In this document: one piece after another, positions 52,620 through 64,000 of the stretch
Position numbering within the stretch: position 1 is the stretch's first letter
How the letters are laid out: each line of letters opens with the position of its first letter
Source: Octopus vulgaris
Taxonomy: Eukaryota
Assembly (NCBI GenBank): GCA_951406725.2
Contig: OX597818.1
Coordinates: 22,506,001 to 22,570,000 of the forward strand
Direction: 5' to 3'
DNA length: 64,000 bases
Notes under the pieces: generated by a model
The model's database searches: none
What the model saw: only the letters and a program-made list of their open reading frames with translations
Told to the model about the DNA's origin: nothing
Position numbers and translations under genes: made by a program

Positions 52620-55478
52620 TTATTCAAATCTCTTCCTCTCAGGAAAAAGTTTGTTTCTAACAGCGTTGGAATGTAGATAACGAATACAATGTCACATTTT
52701 AAAGTTGAGAAATGTCTTGCATATTTTTACAGCTCCGTTTAGAAATTGTATTTGTAATTATCATACCCAGGTCTTTTTTGTGGTATGTTAAACTGGCTGT
52801 TTTGGGGTGGTATGAGAGATCATCAGGAAGAGACTGTTTCCTGAGGAGATTACTGCCGATAAGTTAATGTATTTATTTTTGCTGCTGTTGTGTAGCAAGC
52901 GCTGTTTGAGTGAAACTATACGATATTCGAAGGCTGCGTACACTGATCTCAAGCCTCTACCTCCTTCGTCTCTTCTTATGTAGAACCTGTCGATATCACT
53001 ATTTCTGTGGATATTTCCAGTTGACGTCAATATCTTGCAGATTTTAACGTCTATGAAGTGGATTTCTTTTATAGACCAGTCAAATATCCCAAATGTTAGA
53101 ATTAGCACTGATACTGCAAATGCACTGTAGGATATTGTCTTGTTTTATGAGAAGTGTTCCAACTACCATATTTTTCTAAGTCTGGCATAATATTCACGAG
53201 TCACTCTATCTTTATTTAAAGGGACCTTCGTCATTACTTAAGTACTCGTAGCATTCTCTTTGTGGGACACGATAGTTAGTGAGACCATAGCTGCGCGGGT
53301 TCTGTGTTTGGGGAACTGAGTTTCTCCGTTCAACAACCAAATACAAACATTTCTTTTGGCCATATTCCATTCTTATATAAATTTAAAATGTTGTTATTAA
53401 TTCCAAGTGTGTTTTCGCATTGTTAACATTTTAAACATAAATCTTGAGGTCGTCCACAAAGAAATTATGGATTTTGCAGCAGGAATTATAATAGATTTAA
53501 TGCCAAAATAAACAAAATTACAGAAAATCTATCTCATTGAATATTCCCTTTGAAATATTTATAACATTAGAGACGATCGTTCAACTCTCAGTTCTAAGTG
53601 TTAGAATTGTTTTTCAGGTCTTTGTGAACCTCTCAATGGCAGCAATTAAGGTAGCAGGTACTTTCGCCAAATGTAGACACTTCAAAAGCCATGAGTGAGG
53701 AACAGAGTCAAATACCATCCTATAATCAAGACATATTGTTGCAAGGCTCTTGCGATGTTTGTTTTCTTCACTTCAGACAGTATAACTTTGTTTATCAAAC
53801 GTTGTTCGATACATTCCCACACTCTCTTCTTTCCATCGGCTCACTCATCAGTCACTATGTTGTTGGACTCACAATGATCCTAGAGGAATTGGTCAAGGCC
53901 GCTTGTGTACAGTTTGTACATAATGTTTAGGCAAGCAATGTACCTATAAATTTCTGCCAATTAAGTGGTTTCATAATATAGCCAAGAGCTACATTATTCG
54001 CCTGTGCTATAGCAAGCCAATTTGGTATGTCAATGTGACCTTCCTTAGTCCTTTTGAATATACACATTAGTGTTTTCCGTAGAATGTCTGCCTCTTGTAC
54101 CAGTGTCCAACTATTAGATCCCTTTCAGGTGCCTTTCCATTATGCAGTTTACCTACAGCTCTGGTGAAAGTTACCGAGTCAGTTTCATGTTTTACTCTTG
54201 ATGTCGATATAATATTCTCCCCTTATTACATTTAACCACGAAGCATCCCTCTTTTCGTTCCACACTTCCAATCAGAATGATTCAAACCCTTCTTATTTCT
54301 TTATTGCCCACAAGGTGTTAAACATAGAGGGGATAAACAAGAACAGACAAAGGTATTAAGTCAATTACATCGACCCCAGTGCGTAACTGGTACTTAATTT
54401 ATCGATCTCGAATGGATAAAAAGCAATGTCAGCCTCGGTGGAATTTGAACTCAGAACGTAACGGCAGACGAAATACTGCTAAGCATTTCGCCCGGCGTGC
54501 TAACGTTTCTGCCAGCTCGCCGCCTTAAAACCTTTCTTGAGATGGGGCCTTCTTAATGATTATATTTTCCTTCCTCATTTTCCTGTATAATGTCTGTGGA
54601 TTTGAAGGAAACGTTTGATTTACAAAAGCACGCTTACAAATTCGTCTGCAGTAGCGAAGATTTTCGCCCAGCACCTTAAGTTCGTATTTTAGAGTAATTA
54701 GCCTTCTCTCAAGAGCTTAGTGTGAAGAGTCACCTTAGAGTTTTATTAATTTATTCATAAGGTGTAATTTATGAGGTGTAAGCTCATTATTCCTCTTTCA
54801 TTTTATTATCGTGGTTAACCAGCTTATATAGTGGCACAGATTATTTTCCCCAAGTTTTGTTTTCCATCCAAGTTGCTTCAGTTTAGTAGTTTCATTACGA
54901 TGCACACTGCAAATTTCTCCGAAGTGTTCATTAAGACTGATAGCAGCTGTGTATATCAGGGTGTTAATATTCCAGTAATTAACATTAAATGATTCCATGT
55001 GTTCTCCAGCGACATCGTCAATAATTTTCAACATTAAAGCTGTTGGATTTTTCATAATCTTGTTAAGAATGGCTTGTCGCTTAATGATTATTTTGAAAAG
55101 GTAGCAAAGTTTTCTACGAACTGTGGTTTCAGAACGTTTCTAAGGTGAATACTTGTCTCTATTGACTCAGCTATATTTGGAGAGACAAGAAAATTTAATG
55201 ATGGCGTCAGCAGTTTGTTTACATTATTTTCGATCTCTCTTCTGACAGGTTTTCGCTAGTTTCCTGTGTTTTAAGAAGATCGATTTACATCGCGAGAGCA
55301 AACCATTTTTTAAAACAAAGATGCTTGTTGCCGAAGCTGTTTCGTAGTAAAGGTGCTTAAGTTGGGATGAGTTTCGTCCCAGTAGTCACTTTTTAACCGT
55401 TTCATATATCCGATAGAAGGGTCTTCAAGGGCTTTTTCGTAGCAAAGAAGAAGACCTTGATTTAGATGTAGGGTCCAA
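52620..55478 (-). mobile_element. Decayed R4/Dong-like (RLE-type) non-LTR retrotransposon, N-terminus through RT
   Basis: Minus strand gives LLCYEKA..PSIGYMKRLK..WDE.HP....T.KQLRQQ (N-terminal), HNFFVDDLKIY (~53437-53469, RT catalytic motif) and HRNSDIDRFYIRRDEGGRGL (ORF 52788-53108). It is interrupted by a SINE. Confidence 0.8.
54293..54526 (-). mobile_element. SINE family B inserted into the LINE
   Basis: Matches 368-599, with an imperfect flanking repeat AAACC(C/T)TTCTT. Confidence 0.85.
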
Positions 55479-55479
<1 letters not shown>

Positions 55480-55509
<30 letters not shown>

Positions 55510-55773
55510 TGTATGTATGTATGTATGTACGTACGTACGTACGTACGTACGTACGTATGTATGTATGTATGTATGTATGTATGTATGTATGTATGTATGT
55601 ATGTGTGTGTGTATGTATGTATGTACGTACGTATGTATGTATGTATGTATGTATGTATGTATGTATGTATGTATGTATGTATGTATGTATGTATGTATGT
55701 ATGTATGTATGCATGTATGCATGTATGTGTGTGTATGTATGTATGTATGTATAATGTTTGTATGTGTGTGTGT

Positions 55774-55841
<68 letters not shown>

Positions 55842-55845
55842 GTTT
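55480..55845. repeat. Compound microsatellite (GTAT)n/(GTAC)n/(GT)n
   Basis: Direct inspection. Confidence 0.95.
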
Positions 55846-55849
55846 TAAA

Positions 55850-56270
55850 TATCTTGTATCCGAAATCCAGCAAACCGAAAGCCTCAAAAATCCGTGTGAT
55901 TTTTTAGATTTTAAATGCTGATATGACACGCTGCAAATGGAAAATTCCACAATGTGCTGGGAAGGTTCCACCAAGTACAGCTGTTATGTACCGTTATGAC
56001 ACGTGATCTCACCTACCCTGCGTGAAAAAGAGAAAACATTTATGTTTATGACACAGAAAGTTAAGTTGTTGAAAAAAAAACTTGAGAGTGGTGTTAGTAT
56101 GAAGTATCAAACTGAGGTATTTTATGTTGGAATAACGACTATCTAAAACCTGCCAAAAAAAAAGAAGAAAAACAGAAGGACAAACTGTTAAAGTTCTATA
56201 CAGAAAATGACGAACAAAATCAATCAAAGATAGAAACAACATTATTGAGAACGAAAAGTGAGGATCTCAA
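55850..56270 (+). mobile_element. pogo/Tigger-type transposon 5' part with a CENP-B-like N-terminal HTH remnant
   Basis: Frameshifted KRKHLCL..TQKVKLLKKLESGVSMK....FYVGITTI..L KKQKDKLLKFYTENDEQ...SEDL from 56028. The upstream TATCCGAAATCC...GGAAAATTCCACA resembles Tigger-type subterminal sequence. Confidence 0.75.
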
Positions 56271-56379
56271 AATAAGTTTCTGATGATGATAGCATGACAA
56301 TTTCTGAAATAGCAGCCGAGATACACCGCTGCAACGTAATATGCCCAATTAATATGCCTCCCCAATAAAAAGCCACAGG

Positions 56380-57715
56380 GTGCATTTGATATCAGATGGA
56401 TGAACTTCCTTTATTAAGCTTAGGCCACATAAATAGTTGTGAAGTTGTGAACCATTCTTTTAATTTTGTTGATCCAACGATGAGAGCATCCATGCACAGA
56501 CTGTCGAAGAGCGGTGAAGAATCCAAGGAGAAAATGCTGAGCGAGATTACTTTATTTCCATTGCATTTGCATGATCATATGCGGCAAGCTAGGTGCAGAG
56601 ATCACGAAAAAGTTACATGTACGTTCTATGCATCGTCTTATGCCAAGTAAAGATACAGAAATAATGGAATTTCATAACAGGTGTGGCTGTGTGGTAAGAA
56701 GTTTGCTTCCCAATCACATGGTTTCGAGTTCAGTCTCACATATGTGGTTCCTTGGGCAAGCATCTTCTCTCATAGCCCTCAGGCGGCCAAAGCCTTGTGA
56801 GTGGAGTTGGTAGACAGAAACTGAAAGAAGCCTGTCATACATACATACATACATACATACATACATACATACATACATACATACATACATACATACATAC
56901 ATACATACATACATACATACATACATACATACATACATACATACATACATACTTATATACATACATACATACATACATACATACATACATACATACATAC
57001 ATACATACATACATACATACATCTACATGCATGTGTGTCTTTGCTTTTGTCCCCATCACCTCTTTACAATGTGTTGGTTTGTTTGCATTCCTGTAACTTA
57101 GCAGTTCGGCAAGATAGAATAAATTACAGGTATATAAAAATAAGTACTGGAGTTGATTCATCTGATTAAAACCCTTCAAAGTAGTACCCCAGCATGGCCA
57201 CAATCCAATGACTGAAACAAGTAAAAGGTAAAAGAAACGATAAAAGATTGTATTCCTGTTATAGGTGCAGGCGTGGCTGTGTAGTAAGAAGTTTGCATCG
57301 ATACCACATGGTTCCGGATTCAGTCCCATTGCGAGACACCTTGGACAAGTGTGTTCTACTATAGCCTCGGGCCGACTAAAGCCATGTGAGTGGATTTAGT
57401 AGACGAAAACTGAAGAAGCCCTCATATGTGTGTGTGTGTGTGTTTGTAATCAATCACCGCTTGACAGCTGCTGTTGGTATTTTACATCCATGCTAATTAG
57501 CGGTTCGGCGAAAAGGGATTATAGAATAAATACCAAGTTTTAAAGCAAAAAAGTACTGTAGTCAGATCGTTCGACTAAAAACCTTCAAAGTGGTACCCCA
57601 GCATGACCGCAGTGTAATGATCGAAACGGGTAAAATATACAAAAGATTGTCACTTGCGGTTTCTATCGTAATTTACTTTCACTTTTTACGACACTAAACT
57701 GCATGTTAACCTTCA
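56380..57715 (+). mobile_element. Merlin/IS1595(ISXO2)-like transposase C-terminal remnant, split by two SINEs
   Basis: VVNHSFNFVDPT...(frameshift)QTVE matches the VNHS..FVDP.TG.HTQ.IE signature. The sequence resumes at 57650 (CACTT.CGGTTTCTATCG), colinear with the uninterrupted copy at 59580-59870. Confidence 0.6.
56678..57645 (+). mobile_element. Two tandem family A SINEs (56678-57235, 57262-57645)
   Basis: Each has a head, an internal microsatellite ((CATA)n or (GT)n) and a tail. Confidence 0.85.
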
Positions 57716-58223
57716 AAAAGAAGTATTGTCTCTTAGTGAATGCACTGAAGTGAGTTACAGATTTTCAATATTAAAAGGAGAATAGCCAATTCGACTGGCC
57801 TCTAAAACTTCTATTCTTTGGCTGTCCAAGGACACAAATGTTAGAGAAAGAGTGTAGCTGATTAAATTGAACCTAGAATGTGACGAGGACTTTTATTATC
57901 GACCACCAGACAGATACACCCTAATAAGATTATATCAAGAAATGTCAACATTAGTAAAGACGGTATTTCGAATTTCGTTAGTCATCGTCAACAAGATTCC
58001 ATTCATACGCATTTCTTAAGAAGCAGTGCAACAAGCTAACAAAACAGCAAACAGAATCGTTACAAACAGGAATCAATTATTTTAACAAAAGACATTGTCC
58101 ACTCAAGAACAACCAACCAATCGAATAATAGCGAGATGGTGAAAGCGTATTTAATGTTAGGAACATTATAAAGGCTAAAATTGGATGAAATTTTGGGATG
58201 CTATTATGCAGTAAGAGAGATAG

Positions 58224-58278
<55 letters not shown>

Positions 58279-58809
58279 AGAGAAAGAGAAGACATTTTTT
58301 TATAATTTCCGCTGAGAATTCCTGTTGTCCTTCATACTGCATATTTTCAGTCTCAAATTAAAGCAACTCATCTGAATTTAAAATTAAAATAGTGGATTTC
58401 AGCTTAAAACGACTAAAATAAAACAATCTAAATAATACAAACTTCATATAAACAGTTTAAAACAAATGAATATTAATTTAGTATGCGTGAACGTTATCAT
58501 AAAACAGTAACTTTTATTTAAAACAAGCAGAAGCTGACATAAAATATATAGGATTAAAAATTTTGAAAATGAAATATATTCATAAATAGAAAGATATGAT
58601 CTTTAGTGCTGAAATTACTAACAAGATTATCTAGGGATTTGATAGGATAATTTTGAAGATTTGAAGATTGGGGTAAGTTTGAAGAACTGCTCTTGTTTGG
58701 GCTAAATTTGACAGTTTGCATAGAAGGAAAGAAAACAATATCTCATCCAAAACTAAAAGTATTTTAAAAATAGTCAAAAAACGTCAACTAGACTATGGCG
58801 GAAAAATAA

Positions 58810-59210
58810 TAGTTTACTCAAACTAGTCACTCTCAGATTTCACCACGGCCTCAAAACCGTTCCGAAACCTGATGCATGCGTTCCTCATTGTGTCCCTGGG
58901 AAGATCTTCGAACACCTTGATCTTGGCCACCAGGTCAGCCTTGGTATTGCAGGTGGAGCGATTGGTGTCTTTCTCAACCGCGTCCCACATATAGTAATCC
59001 GTTGGATTATAATCGAGGGAACCAGGAATTGGGACTGATGAATTCGTAGAAAACCTCCGACAGCCACTTCCGATTCTTTCCGGAGGTATGGAAAGGAGTC
59101 GAATCCTGCTGTCACAGACATAGTCTTCCAACAGCAAGCCTCTTCAACCAGGATTTGACCACAGTCTCCAGCAGTTTCACATAGCCGTCTGAATTGAGCC
59201 TGTTCAAAGA
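58810..59210 (-). mobile_element. maT/DD37D-like Tc1/mariner transposase C-terminal remnant
   Basis: LNSDGYVKLLETVVKSWL and PGSLDYNPTDYYMWDAVEKDTN...NTKADLVAKIK...NACIRFRNGFEAVV correspond to the SPDLNPLDY.VW signature. Confidence 0.75.
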
Positions 59211-59579
59211 TGCTCCGGCGTGCGAACGTAGTAAAAACACCTGTTTTGTCCCTTCCTGCTGACCACGGCAGCTGTCCATGTCACGTCTTACGACATTTAC
59301 TGTGTCCACAGAGCATTGAGCAGCAGTCACGAAGCCGGCATTTTGAAAGCATGAATCATCATGATATAGGTAACTCTTTTCCAATATTCAGATGGCTTCC
59401 AGTCCTCCACGTCAGCTAACTTTTTTCCAACTACAAATTTAATCTTTATGCTCTCCATCGCTGTTTACTGTTCCTCAACACATTAAGCAGTTCCTGAAAG
59501 AAAAAAAATGGAGACATAAAAAGTCAGCAAATTTAGCACGAATTCCCTGTAGAAGTTCCCTCGATGGTTACGCTTAGCG

Positions 59580-59870
59580 ATATTTCCCCACTCTTTTGGT
59601 CGATGACTTGATACATGCAAAAATCTACATGCTGCGGATACTTGTTAAGAAGAAACTCAAGTGAAAATACAGAATGAGCGATGCTTTAACATCGTATCTG
59701 TATGATTATATGTGGTAAAATGAGACCGTGAAAAAGCTACAAGTACGTTCTATGCAATGTTTACATGTTATATGAATATAATGAAATCATGAGATTTCAT
59801 TGGCTTCACTTCCGGTTTCTATCGCAGTTTACTTTCACTGTTTTAGGACCCTAAGCTGCATGAGAACAAT
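59580..59870 (+). mobile_element. Second copy of the Merlin-like 3' region
   Basis: SYLYDYMW-like peptide. It shares GTACGTTCTATGCA and TTTACTTTCACT blocks with 56560-56675 and 57650-57715. Its start (CCCCACTCTTTTGGTCGAT) repeats at ~59942. Confidence 0.55.
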
Positions 59871-60599
59871 TATATATTATACAGAATAGGGTATAATTAA
59901 AAATATAATAATGTTCTTAGTGATTACACTTGGTGATATTCCCCCACTCTTTTGGTCGATCCAACATTAATCAGGAAATAGAGACGTGATGCTTGCAAAT
60001 ATCTACGGAGAAATGTATATGTGTACTAACGCACTCGGAACGGTTGATCGTTATTTTATCTCCTGTTGCTTAAATCATCTAATTATATGTACTAAAATAC
60101 AAGAAATTACTTCCAATAATCTATTTTCTCTTGTACAAAATCTTGATTGAATCTAGAAACATGACTTTGAAGAAAACATAATGTCTTAAAATAAACGTAC
60201 TTCTTTTAACCTTACATCAATCATTTTAATATGAATCTCATACATTTTAAATTGATATCTAATTGTTTTTAAATAAAAATTCATTTGATTTAAATTAGAC
60301 TTCATACAATTTAAATCAGAGACCAATTTAAAAATTCATTTCTTTTAATTTGAAATTCGTTTATTTGATTTGAAATTCTATTGTTTTAATTTGAAAGTGA
60401 AAAGGAGTAGTTCCCTATTAATTAAAAAAAAATCTTTCTCTAATAGGCATAAAGCTTGACATTTTGGTGGAGGGTTGCTAGTTGATTACATCGACCCCAG
60501 TGTTGGAATGGTTGCAAAGTCGACCTTGGCAGAATTTGAACTCAGAATGTAAAGAGTGATGCATTTTATCCGGCGTGCTAACGCTTCGGCTAGCTATCC

Positions 60600-62121
60600 A
60601 TCTTGCCACTATTCGCTAAGACTGAGAAAAAAATTGAGAGTTTGACGGTAACTGTGCGGATGATTAGCAAAGATACTGGCATGGAATTTGGGATCGAGAA
60701 ATGTGGTGTAATGATTCTCCAAAGGTGGAAAATCAGTAAAAGCTATGGGATCAAGCTGGAAAGTGGTGAAAGTATAAAGGAAGTCGGAGTGGAAGGATAT
60801 AAGTACCTGGGTATCATTGAAAGAGCTAAGATGAATGAACACAAGATGAAAGAAATGTACAGGAAAGAGTATTTGAGGAGAACTCAGCCTGTGCTCCACT
60901 CGAAGCTAAATGGCCGCTATACGATTAGAGCGATTAACATATGGGCGGTTACTTTGATGAGATATGGGACAGGAATGGTATCTTGGAAGAAGAATAAATT
61001 ACAAGAAATAGACCGGAGAACACGTAAATTAATGACAATGAGCAAGGAACTACACCTCAAGATTGATGTGTCAAGATTGTATGTAAAGAGGGAAGAAGGA
61101 GAACGGGGATTGGTGTGTTGTGAAGGTTGTGTAAGGTAAGAGGAGAATAGTCTGGCTTGGTATATCAAGGGGTGTAAAGAAGAAATGATTGAAGCGGTGA
61201 AAATGTAGGGAACCTTAAAATTGAACAAAGCCGTAGATCCAATACAATTTAAGAAAGACCAGAGAGAGCAGATGGAAAATTTGGCAGGACAAGAAAATGC
61301 ACAGTCAGTTCTTGAAGAATAAAGATGAGATTGATTGGAATAGAACCAGGCAATGGCTGCAGAAAGGATACTTAAAAGGGCCCACTGAGGCATTAGTGTG
61401 CAGCGCTCAAGAACAAGCTCTCAAAACAAACTACTCCAAGTATCCCATTGATAAAAGCACTGACTCGCGAGAGTGTAGGATGTGCTCTGAGAAGAGAGAA
61501 AGTATAAGCCATGTTGTTAGTGAGTGCTGTAAGCTCGCACAACACGAATACAAAAGGAGACATGACAATGTGGCCAGATATGTCCACTGGTTGTTGTGCG
61601 GTAAAGCAAACCTCGGGAGAGCCGAACAATGGTATGAAACACAAGCCAGAGGGAGTAATGGAAAATGAACATTACACAATCCTCTGAGATTTTAACATTC
61701 TGTGCGACCAAGTCATACAGGTGAGACGACCAGATATCGTGCTCATCCACAAAGATGAAAAAGTAGTGAAGATAATAGAATTGCAATACCAGGCGATTCG
61801 AAGGTGAAATGTAAGGAAACAGAAAAGATAGAAATGCCAGTCACTGCGGGACGAGATAGGAAAGTTATGGGGCATAAGGAAAGTAATGGTGATACCGGTG
61901 GTAATTGGAGCATTAGGAGCAGTTTCCAAGGGCTTTGAAAAATATATTGAGAATATTGGAGCTGCTGTCTGGCTCAAAGTGATCCAGAAGACAGCATTGT
62001 TGGGTATAGCTCGCGTTCTAAGGAGAGTATTGTCTCCTTGAATCACAGGAGAAGGCACTACTTAAAACCTGCTTTCAAGTAAAGAATAACCGGTAATTAA
62101 GAACTGTCCGAGAGTCTTTCA
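60600..62121 (+). mobile_element. 5'-truncated R4/Dong-like RLE non-LTR retrotransposon (RT C-terminus, CCHC zinc knuckle, restriction-like endonuclease), pseudogenised
   Basis: GMEFGIEKC, YKYLGI, AINIWAV, RLYVKREEGERGL (60603-61139); AQEQAL, CRMC..KRESISHVVSEC, YKRRHDNVA (61297-61668); RRPDIV...IIE and IPVVIGALG...IQKTALLG up to the stop at ~62041. Confidence 0.92.
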
Positions 62122-62292
62122 GAACAACAACAACAACAACAATAACAACAAGAACAACAACAACAACAACAATAACAACAACAACAACAACAACAACAAC
62201 AAGAACCACCACCACCACAACAACAACAACAACAAAAACAACAACAACAACAACAACAACAACTACAACAGCAACAACAACAACAACAGCAA
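62122..62292. repeat. (AAC)n microsatellite between two RLE LINEs
   Basis: Direct inspection. Confidence 0.95.
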
Positions 62293-62905
62293 TAATCGAC
62301 CTGCCCCAAACTACTGCAGGTTGTAGCAACACGATAAGGTAGTGAAAGTGCTACATTAGAAATTGCGCGAAGAGGTAAGACATTGATATGACCACAAACC
62401 GTAGAGAGTGGCAGAGTCGGAGACTTGGAAAATCCTCTGGGATTTCCCAATCCAAACAGACCAGGTGCTAGAGCATAACCGACCGGACCTAGTGGTGGTC
62501 GACAAGATGCACCACATGTGCTGTATAATTGATGTTGTATGCCTCTTCGATCCACGAATAGTCAAGAAAGAAGGCGATAAAACAGATAAATACAACCCGC
62601 TTAAGTACGAAATAGCCCGGCTATGGAAAATGAAAAAGCTGAAGATAGTGCCAGTTATTGTTGGGTCCTTGAGGACAGTATCAGAATGCATCAAGAGGAA
62701 TATAAAGGAAATTGGAATAGAGCGCCCAGTAGAACTGTTAAAAAAGGTTTGCCTCCTTGGCACGGCCAAAATAATCAGGAAAGTATTAGATAGTTGAAAA
62801 ATCAGATAGCATGGTACCGTAGGCTGCAGGTTGGCAGCAAGTCCGCTACGCATGCAAAACTTCTGGAGCTCCAAGAAAATCTGAGATAAAAAGTAATAAT
62901 TATAA
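62293..62905 (+). mobile_element. Second, divergent RLE LINE 3' fragment with an open endonuclease frame and (TAA)-like tail
   Basis: ORF 62408-62797: LWDFPIQTD..LEHNRPDLVVVDK...IIDV.C.FD....KE..K.DKY..L..EI..LW......VPVIVGSL, a PD-(D/E)xK RLE domain. Confidence 0.9.
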
Positions 62906-62907
62906 TA

Positions 62908-63124
62908 ATCCTTTCTACTATAGGCACAAGACCTAAAATTGTGGGGAAGGGTTTAAGTCGATTACATCGACCCTAGTACTCAACTGGTACCTAATTTATC
63001 GACCCCGAAGGGATGAAAGGCAAAGTCGACCTCGGTGAAATTTGAACTCAGAACGTAAAGACGGACGAAATGTCACCAAGCATTTTGTCCGGTGAGCTAA
63101 CGACTTTGCCAGCTCGTTGCCTTA
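62908..63124 (-). mobile_element. SINE family B
   Basis: Matches the family B body and is followed by (AAT)n/(AGT)n. Confidence 0.8.
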
Positions 63125-63147
63125 ATAATGAAAATAACAGCAACAAC

Positions 63148-63255
<108 letters not shown>

Positions 63256-63620
63256 TTTCTAATTCTCACTTACTTGGCCTGTATTATTATTTATCGTAAA
63301 AGGTAATGTTTTGAAATTATTTTTAGTTTTAAACAATTCAGGAAGAAACTCGTTGAATATTGGCAGGACATTGAATCTCATCGATCTCAGAAAACACTGC
63401 AATTCCTACGAAGGTAGCGAAATTGGCCGAGTCGCTCGACCGTCGAATTATTGACCTTGCATTATTGACTCCGGTTCTCTCCTTTTCCTTCTCTCTGATG
63501 TAAGGTCATCATTTCGGGGTCGATAAATAAAGTACAAGTTAATTAGTAGTGACCGATTATTCTTTCCCTTCCCTTCTCTGTCTCTGTCTCTCTTCTTCAT
63601 TCTGTCTGTCTCTTCCTTTC

Positions 63621-63668
<48 letters not shown>

Positions 63669-63678
63669 TGTTTCTTTC

Positions 63679-63718
<40 letters not shown>

Positions 63719-64000
63719 TCCCTCTCTCCTTCCCCCTCTCTCGTAATCGGCCATGACTTACAAGATTGTATTTCGTAAAGAATCACCAAAAGAAAAGCAA
63801 CCCAAAATTGATCCTGTGTTTTCCCACCAGAATTTCAAGACAAGTACACAAGGTTTATCAATGAAGTCATCAGAGATGAAGGAGAAAGCCAATTTTTACT
63901 TTTTCAACCGTTAGAAAATGCCGAAGAACCGGGTTGTCAAATTTATTTACTTTCGCATGCCGGACTGAAGCTTAAACTAGTTGTCATGGACCAGAAAATG

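Overview
This is AT-rich, microsatellite-dense animal genomic DNA. The repeat content (tRNA-headed SINEs with internal microsatellites, RTE LINE tails ending in (GAT)n) looks like an octopus-type cephalopod, which is an inference from repeat style only. I found no intact host protein-coding exon. Almost every ORF in the track is a translated microsatellite or SINE. Real coding signal is limited to decayed transposon ORFs: an RTE LINE (~4.6-6.2 kb), a CR1-like LINE (~20-21.5 kb), three R4/Dong-type RLE LINE pieces (52.6-55.5 kb, 60.6-62.1 kb, 62.3-62.9 kb), a full-length dead mariner (51390-52616), and Tigger/pogo-like, Merlin-like and maT-like transposase fragments (55.8-59.9 kb). Non-autonomous Helitrons and several MITEs are also present. 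The most interesting signal is a set of type I hammerhead ribozyme motifs with palindromic, dimer-forming stem III, carried by short non-coding cassettes in (TA)n or AT-rich tracts. Two have canonical cores (25634-25717 +, 43516-43607 -). Two are copies of a minimal variant with U at core position 6 (9745-9782 +, 31515-31552 -). Others are decayed. A CpG-decay boundary near 24 kb suggests a methylated domain on the left and an unmethylated one on the right. All coordinates and folds were read by eye, so repeat boundaries are approximate.
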